From assembly GCA_010356995.1 (NCBI GenBank), contig ML996690.1, positions 327,101 to 367,682 of the forward strand: DNA of 40,582 nucleotides. Reading direction: 5' to 3'. Positions 13,623-23,602 of the stretch are shown in pieces. The number at the start of each line of letters is the position of its first letter. Positions within the stretch are counted from its first letter, which is position 1. Below the pieces are notes generated by a model. That model searched no databases. It saw only the letters and a list, made by a program, of their open reading frames with translations, and was not told where the DNA came from. This DNA is from Trichodelitschia bisporula (taxonomy: Eukaryota). The translations under genes and the position numbers were made by a program.

Positions 13623-13788
13623 TATACACTCAAACGACCGTTGGGACTGCTTTCGTCCTTATAGACTGATGGCTAGCTGGCTGAGAATATAAAATAATTG
13701 CTCTTAGGAGCGTGGTGTAGCCCGACCAAAGATGAGCCTAGTAGCTTGGCGAGCATTTTCGGTATTTTTGCGGACGCAGTCGGGAGTA

Positions 13789-14017
13789 ATAATAATAATA
13801 ATAATAATAATAATAGCTTGATTACGCCCAGCTTTGTTTTAGCTAGCCGTATGGTCGGGTCTCGCCACTTTAGGAGTGGGTCTGACCAATTTCTTTGATT
13901 CTACACGGCAAAAACCCTCCCTGGAAGGGTTGAGAAAAGGCCCTGGAAGTCGTCCTTTGGAGAGGGGCATGTGAGCCCCACGCCTTTTACATGTGTTTTT
14001 TCTTTTCTTTGCACCAT
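13789..14017 (-). mobile_element. 5'-truncated LINE (or LINE-mobilised SINE) 3' end with (TTA)n tail and 14-bp TSD
   Basis: The reverse complement closely matches 20341-20560. (TAA)9 tail at 13787-13815; perfect direct repeat CGCAGTCGGGAGTA at 13775-13788 and 14018-14031. Confidence 0.9.
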
Positions 14018-14647
14018 CGCAGTCGGGAGTATTTTCAAATATGAGCGGAATATCGAGCCTAATTGCGTCGTCTTTGTGTAGCCTGATGGACTGTTTTATG
14101 AATTTAAATCTCCTCCAATTTTACTGCATGGAAGGAAAGATTAAGGAAAGTAACACAATAGCGGACTGTCTACGAAGATACCCAGTGCCTGTTATGTACC
14201 CATTTTGCACATGAGTTCAACATTTTACCCCCCCAAGCCAGCCAATTATGCACTCGCATGCTTGGTCACTCACTTTATTGTGGGCCACAGATTTAAGTCC
14301 CGGACGCTGCTGTCTAAACAAAACCTATGCCATCTTTCGTTGAGGGTATTAGGCCATGTACTGGTTTAACTACTCGCCTTATTAAGGCGACGGCAATGTA
14401 CGATTTTTCACCCCAATAAAAGCCCGGTTTGTGAAGCCATGGTAGCTTGGAGTTTGACTTCGAGGATTGAAGGCCTGGTTGAGTTTTAATAAATGAACGA
14501 TCGCCAAATGAAACGTGCGTAGGGAAAATTTTGGTATTAATGGAAATAGTTCTGCTCAGCGGAGCCAAGTCTGAGGCAGCCCAGTCCCACACTCGAGCTG
14601 CAGGTTGTAAGAATCGCACTACCATAATACATTCAGGGACCCTGAAT

Positions 14648-15721
14648 AAGCGTGACCGAGCTAGGGTTTTACCCCAGGTCAAGGGGAATTAAAATTCCGT
14701 TGACCCCACTACGATCAGGGATCTTAGTGGTTTTCGGCTCAACGAAAAGTGCCTTGACCACCAAAGTACACCCTTTTAACAACACGCGTATTCCCCCACA
14801 CTTTGCTTTGAGGAAGAAGAGCATACGGTATGAATATTTACAGAGCTTAATAAAGCTATAATCTAGCTGCTTGACGCCCTCCTCCACCGGATTAGCCCTC
14901 AAAAGTGCGTCAACGTTTTTGTTAGCAGTTCAGATGTTTGAGGCTGCACAAGAACCACAGAAAAAACACTAGGAAGTGGGAATTTGAAAGCAAAATTATG
15001 ACATGAAATCAGGAGGTGTGAAACTTCAAGATAAAATAATAAAATGGTACATATGAGTTGGTGCAGTGATGCTATCACTGCCTCATTTTGGGAACTATTC
15101 CACGCATACCTAAAAAAAGCCGGCCGTTCATAACTGCAGCTCACACTCCCACTGGCAGCCAATTAGAGGTCGAGAAATTTCAGCAACCGTGGCTTAGCTC
15201 CTACCAAGTAGCAAGCCTTTACAAATTCTGTCACCACCCTGCCCACACAAATGTAGTACTATATTCTAGCAACATTATTGTACTAAAAATGTGCTAAAAG
15301 ATGCCGCTTATAAAGACGATTATGATGAACGCCTTCACATCATTATTGACGTGCGTGTTTTGAGTGCATCGCGATGCAAAATTTAATTTTGGTTTTCAGT
15401 AATGGCTTGGCGCCAAGTCGCTAAGAACAGTTGTAAACCTCATTAAAACATTAATATTTGATGCGCGCAAAAAGCGCACGTTAATAATCATGTACGTGAT
15501 GGCAAGTTGCTCCGTTTGATAAAGCGCTTATAATGAACTAATTTAAATGATGAGATATTTTTAGCGCATGGTGTGGTTGATGAGGTTGTGTTAACGTCGG
15601 ATTCTTATGTGGTCATGGCACTGGAGCGGGGGGGGGTATGAACTACAGATGTGAACGGCAGGTTTTTTGGGTATGCGTGGAATACTACGTAGTTCCCGCG
15701 AAGTTAAGCTCGGTCACGCTT
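14648..15721. mobile_element. Long-inverted-repeat (fold-back, possibly Mutator-like) non-autonomous element
   Basis: Nested inverted matches: 14648-14662 with 15707-15721 (15/15); 15090-15150 with ~15630-15697 (GGGAACTATTCCACGCATACC...); 15289-15302 with 15555-15569; 15341-15370 with 15460-15490 (about 24/30); central palindrome CTTGGCGCCAAG at 15407-15418. No TSD found. Confidence 0.7.
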
Positions 15722-18565
15722 CGGGTGTGTTGCTATAATTCCGCCGAAATGCGTACTCCTTGATAATTTAACGTACTAAAATTCTGCATTTGAAGGTACG
15801 CGGTTCTGAAATTTCCTTCCCTATGAGGCGGGTGTCTTCAGTGACATCCTCGCAAATGGTAAACCAATGACAGAGCATGTTGGCTTTACAGAATGTGTCC
15901 GTGAAAGAAAGACGGTGCCCTCTCATTGGTCCGCCATCTAACAGAAGGCCAGCGAGGAGGCCCGCAGGACAAGGGATAATCTCTGAGCTAACTTTTCCTG
16001 ACTTGTGAATATCTTCAAATTCATAAGAGTTAGGGATTGTCTTATGTCCAACATCATCCTTATCCTATCACCCTTACCTCATCTCTCTCCTCGTCTCTTC
16101 TATCCCTCTCTTCTTCTTCTCCATCTATTTCTCCTTTTGCGACTTCTCCTGTTCCTCCTCTAGTTCCACCGGACTTCTACCTACGTCTTACCATATTTCT
16201 ATACCGGACAGGAATATTAACTCTGTTACAAGCAACGCAACGAAACGTAGATGAAGTAAGTATCTGGGAATTTGAGGTCAAGACGCTCACCCAGCTGCTT
16301 AGCAAATTGTGGAACCCGCTTGATAAGCTGTTTAAAAGCCATTAATCTGTTTCTGATTGGAAATATATTCAATTTTCGACAACGCATCTGAGGAATAGTC
16401 CATCTTCGTGCAAGCTGTAAATGTTATCACTGTTGCTATTTGGCCAACGCCTGATGTCGTTTCGAGTCGTAAAAATTGCATGTTGCGTATTCAACTTGCC
16501 CAATCGCACAAGCAAAAGAATGGGAATCAAGCTCCAGCATATTGAAGTAGAATCCCAAAAATGGTAATACGATGCGGTATCATCAATGAAAGTTCCCCAC
16601 GTCATGTCAACGGAAGTGGGCACATGTTTCAAGCAATGGAGACATGGCCGATACGTGATGCTGCAACCAGTTTCCACCAGATAAGAGCATTTCGTCGTGC
16701 GATCTAGTAGGCGATGATCTCTAGCATCAGCATGATTGGCTTTGGCTAGACTGTGTTAGCAATAGCCCAAGCCACTGCAGAGCGATTTCCGCCTTACTTC
16801 TCCATCCGCATTATTGCCCGTTCAGTCATCGGCTACTCAATATATAATGATTGACAAAAGAAAAAAGGTGCCAAAGCCCAATGGCGACTATGGACATGTT
16901 CGGCTCCTGGGAAATTTCTATTATATTTTATTTCATTTGAGATTGGTATCTGCGGGAATATTCAAGCTTAAATCTTCAAAGTGAAGCTCACCAAATTTCT
17001 TTTGAGGCCATCAGAAGGTCGTGCTTTGACCCACGATATATAAGGGTAACTGATGCACACCTTCAGACCATTCAAGCCAGAGGAAAATTAGTTTGAATTA
17101 CTACTATTGCATATAAGCATCCCATACGCTGAACCATTAGGGTGCCTGTACCGAACTCATCCATATTGCAGATGTTTTATGCAACCGGGAAAAAGACAAA
17201 CAGTCGGACTTATTGTGGTCCATTCCACGAATTCTTGACGACCCTCACCCTGCAGTTCTCTCAAACGAAGCCGAACGCTTTAAAAGCCATAAACATATTG
17301 TTTCAGCGGAGGATAAGAAGGCGCATCTATGTTGGAGGGAGCCTGACAACATATTTTCGCAAGCCGCGTGGCAGTTCCCTCGGCATTCTGAATGTGTGAT
17401 GAACCCGTAAAGGGGTAGGTCACGAAGAGAGTGAAGTCGCACTAACCGGGCTATCCCGCACCAACCCCCAGAACCTGGCGTGGACCCCTACCGTAAAGCG
17501 CCCCCCCCCCCTTTGGTCAAAGTCAAGATCCCGTCGAAATGTGCACCCCAAACCCAAAGTGCGATACACAAAAAACGAGAATTTTAGCACTCTTTCTCAG
17601 ACCTAGGGGGCTTCAGGTGATCAGCCAGCTCCGGGTTGGGTGCATCAGGCATCAAGGCTCCAAAAGTCAGACAGCCTGGACTTTGCACCTTCCCTGAAAA
17701 GCCGGCCCGCGGGACGTTTTGCCGATTAGGCTTAGCGCACTTTCACATCGGGGTCTTAGCGCTTCCACACACAAATCCCCTTCCACGTGGATAGCTTGCT
17801 CCAGAACTGCTCAACCACTTCTCTCTATCAGAGAGTTCCCTCATTATCATTGCCGCACTACGTGACGTCACCATGCAGTCCATGGTGCGGTACTCTTTGT
17901 GTCGGCACACTTTAGCAATTGTACCTTTGTCAACTTCAAAGATGTTTCACATTTCATGTCTTGAACGGTCAAGGCTTCACCAAATATTTAAAATCAAAAT
18001 AAACCTTGCGCGGCGGACGTCCTCGTATTTAGCGGACCAATCAGAGAACAAATCTTTTCTGCCGAACTTATCTTTCAAAGAAGCCGGTCACTGATTAGTC
18101 TTCTAGTTAGGAGGACATCAGTAAGTACAGCCGCAGGGTAGGCGATGAGGTACAAGGCGCTATGAAACGTAGATAGATAAATATGAACTATTATTTTTAG
18201 GGTTGCCTGGACATGGTGAGGCTTTGAGTACTCTTTTGTTGCATTGTAATGGGAAAAGGGATAGTGTTCATTGGTATGGAGGGGGATACGGAGAACTACA
18301 TTGATTGACTAGAGTTAGCTCGGCTAGCGGAAGTTTGTTAATTAGGGTGGTAGGATGTAATGAGGTACACACGAAGGTGTGGGTCCTAGGTTCTGTCTAT
18401 GTATGGAATATTCCACTTCTCCAGTGAGGGTTTACCCAAGGATTTGCACGAAGGCTTATACTAACGTGGACTTTCTCATTAACCAATTAAGGCGGTGTTG
18501 CTAAGACAGCTTGTAGTTGAGTTTAAGAACGTTAAACTGCCACATGTGCGAGGACGAGATATCAA

Positions 18566-18783
18566 TCCCTTGTACGGCGCAGGTGCTGGCCGAGATATGC
18601 CAAGGTACTTGGACAGGTCTAAATCGTGGTCATTAACCAATTAAAGAGCTGGAGCTTAGTTCTATAAAGAACGATAACGTTCTGTAGTAAACCCTAGCTC
18701 TTTAACTGGACAAGGATTACGATTGGTACCTGGGTAAGAACCTAAGCATGTGCCCGGGCCCAGTACCAGGGCAGTACAGGGGA
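18566..18783. mobile_element. MITE family A, copy 3
   Basis: AA|TCCCTTGTACGGCGCAGGTGCTGG ... CCAGTACCAGGGCAGTACAGGGGA|TA; the internal part is inverted relative to copy 1. Confidence 0.8.
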
Positions 18784-19332
18784 TAAGGAAGCGCATTATT
18801 CGACAACAATGGCACTTGCTCGAGACTGCACCTAAGGGTTAGCAAAAAACTCGGGTTGTAGAGCAGGACGCTCATCTATACAAGCAGCTAGAACAGTTCA
18901 AAAATTTATTGCAAACGACAAATGCCTTAATTTGCGAAAGAAGTCATAGCTTCAAGAATTTGGCGGAGAGCCCCCTAAATAAGAACACACGCGTGTCAAT
19001 CTGTTGCTCTTTATACTCGGCCTGCCACAGGACTGGGCAACTCGGTCTCGACTAATTCGTCCATAGTCCAATTGAGCCAGTAGCTGGCGAGACTCGAGAA
19101 GCGAGCATAAGAAGTAATACGGGTCTTGAACATTAGTATCCATTGATCTGCAGCCCTCCTCGTCTGCGTTCTTATTAAGGACGGACCAATTAAGGAGTGA
19201 AGCGTTTTTACTAAACCGGTTTGAAAAGAAAGAACTGCCTCTGGCTAGTCTATCAGTCAAAAGGATACTAACGAGAGCACCCGCGATGGCGCCGGTAGTA
19301 TCAAGAATAGTAACCTCTTACTTAGATTATAT

Positions 19333-20560
19333 ATCTCATCGGACGATTGTGGCAGCGGCAGACCCCTCCCAGGCGCCCAGAACGATCTTTGGCGACTGGG
19401 AGAACCAAGAATGGGAAGCCCTGTGGAGAACCAACGGATACAAACAGGCACCAGCCCGGCACACTCCCTGGAAGGAATACGTCCCCAACCTCCATGGTGG
19501 ACTACTGAAGGCTAACAGCGCCGTAGCGACACAACTACGCACTGAATGCATTGGACTGCGAGACTTCCTCTTCAGAGTAGGAGTTCCGCCATTTGACTCT
19601 CCCGGTGCCCCTGCGGATTTGGGCGACAAACACCCAAGCATATGGTCATGAGCTGCACGCTCGGAGCGGGACGCTCCGAGCTCTACGAGCAAGCAAGAAC
19701 GATTGACTATAACAAAATGATCAACACTAGAAGAGGTCTAGAGGCAGTCACAAACTACATCATCAACAGAGGCTTCATCGGAAAATTCAAGCTAGCTAAA
19801 GAATTCCGCCAATCGGAACCCGAGATGTGGGAAAAAAGCCGCCCACACCCCACGAACTGTATATAAATCCACAATCTCCTAGCGAGACTGGAAGGGAACC
19901 GGATGAAAGCGAGCCACCACAAAGCTGACGGCCCGCAAACGGAACCCCCCAGGAACCCCAAGAGAGCCGGAAAAGCTCAATACAACGGAGGCCACAGCCC
20001 TCTCCCCAACCACAAACACAACATACTAGGACAACATACTAGGACTAGCAACAACATCAGTCTACCCACATGTGAAGAAGAGCGGATTCAACACCACCCT
20101 TGCTATCAGGAACCGGATCTCCCCCAAAGAGGAGCCCCCCCCCCCCCCCCCCTGGCGGCCTCCGGACACCACCTGGCATTCCTCAATTTCTTTCCTCTCC
20201 TTCTCTCTTTCGATCACATGACCTAGAATCACGGGATCTGCGTTGCTGTAGGCGTTCAGCGTTTTTGGCGTTTAATTGGGATATGGAGTGTTTCTCAGTT
20301 TCTCGGCGTGCAGCCAAGTTCTCGCTTGGGACACACAAGAATGGTGCAAAGAAAAGACGATAAACACATGTAAAAGGCGTGGGACTCACATGCCCCTCTC
20401 CAAAAGACGACTTCCAGGGCTTTTCCTCAACCCTTCCAGGGAGGGTTTTTGCCGTGTAGAACCAAAGAAATTGGTCAGACCCACTCTTAAAGTGGTGAGA
20501 CCCGACCACACGGCTAGGTAAACCAAGCCTGGGCGTAATCAAGCTATTATTATTATTATA
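19333..20560 (+). mobile_element. 3' portion of a Tad1-like non-LTR retrotransposon (ORF2 C-terminus, 3' UTR, (TAT)n tail); frameshifted
   Basis: ORF pieces 19286-19651 and 19642-19866 join across a frameshift near 19603 to give ...LHGGLLKANSAVATQLRTECIGLRDFLFRVGVP..DS(P)-CPCGFGRQTPKHMVMSC..., the typical QLRT..GL..FL plus CCHC knuckle of fungal LINE ORF2. Tail TATTATTATTATTATA at 20545-20560. The 5' boundary is approximate. Confidence 0.85.
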
Positions 20561-21016
20561 GTTGAAGTTTTGGGAGAGAGCTGATTTCGGGGTCCAATTG
20601 TATAAGATTTGCTCAGATCGCTGCCGCGGTGGCCCTGAATATTCTGATTGGTCGACACCCCCCCGCAGCGGTCTGAGTCCCCAACTGAGATGAACAGGCC
20701 CTAGGGATTTTGCTGATAGAAGAATATCAAATTTGATTGGGTCCTCGCACGAACTAGGTGGAGGGGTTTGAATCAACGGTTTTGCGTGTGCACACTACGT
20801 CCCTAGAGTATTACACAACGTGATCAATCTTATATACTAGAATGGTGGCAATCTGACTAGTTCATATAATGCCCAGAGCTGATTTACCAAATCATGTTGC
20901 GAAAGGATTGCCGTAGCTGGCTGGTCGGCATCTAAGGAGACAAAATAAATTACTCATGGCCTTAACCAATTACTCTAGTATTTATTTAGGCTTGTAAGCG
21001 GGAGGCTCTGCAGGTA

Positions 21017-21212
21017 TCCCTTCCACGGCCCAGGTTCTGGCCCAGGTTCAAATCGCTGTTATTGACCAGCTAAGGAGCTAAAGCTCAGTCCAGTAAAGGA
21101 AGTCTCAGTTTCTGTGACAAATTCTAGCTCTTTAACTAGTCAGTGGTAGTAATTTGTACCTGGGCAAGTTTCAGGGCAAGTACCTGGGTCAGAAACTGGA
21201 TCGTGCAAGGGA
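21017..21212. mobile_element. MITE family A, copy 4
   Basis: TA|TCCCTTCCACGGCCCAGGTTCTGGCCCAGG ... CTGGATCGTGCAAGGGA|TA. Confidence 0.8.
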
Positions 21213-21915
21213 TACCCTCGCAAAATGCCATTCACACCTACCATGACCTAGTTAAATGCCTGGGGCCTATCCAAATCTCGGGTCGAGTTTAGAGTTGCGA
21301 TGCAGTCCTGCGCCAACGCCATAAAAGGGTTCACTTGGGCTCATTTCAATTGCGTTTACACGATAAATATTTTGATGTGATGCCTATCTTGTGGCGATAG
21401 AATTGCAGGAAGAGGAGTTGTCTCGACTTAAACCTTGATGCAGTTCTAAACCCTTCACGGACACCTCATGGATGCGCAAAATATACCTTCGAATCACAAT
21501 GCATCCACAGCGCGTCAATAATTTTCCTTTGCTCGCTCGAACTGCTGCAGCAAGCTATATCGCTTGAGACTTTATTCAGCACACGCATACCAAGAACGGT
21601 GGTACACATTTCAATCTTCAAATGCTGTATAGAAACTCAACGGAAATAAACCTTCAAAATCTGACCCGTTAGGTTAATTCAAAACCCGTGATTTTATCCT
21701 TTGAATCTTGGCGTCTTTTTATTGTTGTGCGGTGACGCTATAATGAGTACAGCATCGAGGCAACCGTCCGCTTGGTTAACTAAACTTTGCATGCGGTATG
21801 ATACGTGCGCCGATGTCTTTTTGCCATGCGCTTGGTATGTCTCCTGGGACGGTGTGGCCAAGGACAAAACTGGAAAAGTGACTCGGGTTTAGATTGCAGA
21901 ACGGGCGGTTTGATA

Positions 21916-22123
21916 TTCCTTGTACGGGCCTAGGCACTGGCCCAGGTACACGTCGACCAGGTCCTCACAATAATGGACCAATTAAAGAACTACAGCTCAC
22001 TTCTATAAAAATTGCTCTGCTTCTGCAACAAATTCTAGCTGCTTGACTGATCCCTGATAGCGGGTACGTGGGCGACGAGTACGTGGGCTAGTACCTCATC
22101 CGGTACCTGGGCCTTCCGAGGGA
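21916..22123. mobile_element. MITE family A, copy 5
   Basis: TA|TTCCTTGTACGGGCCTAGGCACTGGCCCAGG ... GTACCTGGGCCTTCCGAGGGA|TA; shares GGGTACGYGGGCGACGAGTAC with copy 2. Confidence 0.8.
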
Positions 22124-23602
22124 TAACTACCCCGAAATCCTTTGAGCCGTAGCCTGCATAAATCTGTATACTCCAGGCAGCCAATTTTTACGGTTTACTA
22201 TACAACGCCGTTGGACTAATTGACGACCCTCATGCCGCCCTGTCCCGTACCGATTTCAACTCTCCTTCTTTAGATGGATTGATCTGGAGGTGGCACGGAG
22301 TACTAGCCTTGTTGAAGCGAATCCGGGGCCATGAGTGATCTTCATCCACCCGCATCGCGTGAGCGCCTCGCCACTTGATATTCGATTTGACAAGACAAAT
22401 TGGTCGGAAACGGTGGCTATCCTGCACATACGGCTTGAATCTGGCATACACATCGCTCATAAATTACCCCCACCCCGACCCTCCCCCAACGAGCCAACTA
22501 GAGGACGGTAAATCTGAGATCCTCAAATAAACTCTGCAAAATCTTGAACTGCCTCGCATCCCTATGCATGCAACTTTATGTTGTCTTCCCACGAACGCAC
22601 CGCGACGAAAGGAATATCAAAAGTACTCGTCTTGTTGAGGCAATTGCACTGGGCCGAATTTTACCTCAACAGACTTTGGCGCATGATTGCGTTGCAACGT
22701 GAGAGCCTTCTTCCTCTTGGAGTGCCTCCTCTACTGGGTGGTTTTTTTCGGCCTGGCACGGACAATTTATAATTTAGCCCGCTGGCTTGCTCTAGAGCTG
22801 CCGCCTGTTGGGATTTATAGGAGGGCAGTATCGGGCGTTACGTTATATTTATATGTGGCGCGAGGTGATGTTCAACTTCGCAGTTCCACTTGCATCTCGG
22901 ATTTGATAGTGATAAAAACCATTGCCTTCACACAGAGAAAAGTTGGGACGGACTTGTACACTATCGACATGAAGATGAAACGATGGGAAAATTGATCGTC
23001 TACTCGAGGCGATTCTACTAATTCAAAATCATCTCAATGAATTGAATGTTGTATCCTGTTGCTGATGATGCTGGCTTGATGTTGAGCTCGGGCGAATGTG
23101 TATTGCAGGTGCATATCCTAGGCTTAGGTATTTATTGTAGAATAGCTTCCCGATGCAAGGGATGTCAACTTCAGAAATATAAGAACGTTTCTGGAAAAAG
23201 TGCCCATGGGGTGATCGCCCCGCGCACGAGGGTGATAAGGGCAGTGGTGGTTTTTTAGGGGAGGGAAGGGACGGTGGTGTGAGCCAACTTAAGATTTGGA
23301 AGGTAGCGAGGCCTGAACATCCAGAACTGCAATAGCGCGAATTCCGAGGTCAAGGAGGAAGGCAGCCGATGCACTTATCAGTCACATTGATGATTCAAGG
23401 CCGCTCCTGATACCGTATTAGGGACCCTCAGGGACGGGAGGATCTGTCTACAAATCCATAGGAACATATCTTACTGAAGGCCCCCAGGCCAGATATGAAT
23501 AGTCTTGAAGCGCACCACATCGCAAATATTAGAAAAGTTTTGAATAGGTTACATGACAAGGTGACCCTACAGGCCACATCGACCATGCCAGCGACGGCCA
23601 TA

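Noticed and set aside
13698..13898. ORF with poly-Asn, and the similar 197-aa ORF at 20183-20776
   Set aside because: These are antisense translations of the LINE 3' UTR and its (TTA)n tail.
16038..16230. Possible solo LTR (TGT...TGTTACA) around a pyrimidine-rich tract
   Set aside because: No 4-6-bp TSD, weak terminal inverted repeat and no second copy in the window.
16030..18845. Scattered TTAGGG/CCCTAA-like words as interstitial telomere
   Set aside because: Only isolated hexamers, no tandem array.
11500..22123. CRISPR-like or tandem array interpretation of the recurring CCCAGGTAC repeats
   Set aside because: The copies are kilobases apart, internally palindromic and TA-flanked, with no regular repeat-spacer period and no cas genes, in eukaryotic DNA.
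1..23500. Starship or other giant mobile element spanning the gene-poor half
   Set aside because: No DUF3435 tyrosine-recombinase captain, cargo genes or boundary direct repeats were recognisable. An element extending beyond the left edge cannot be excluded.
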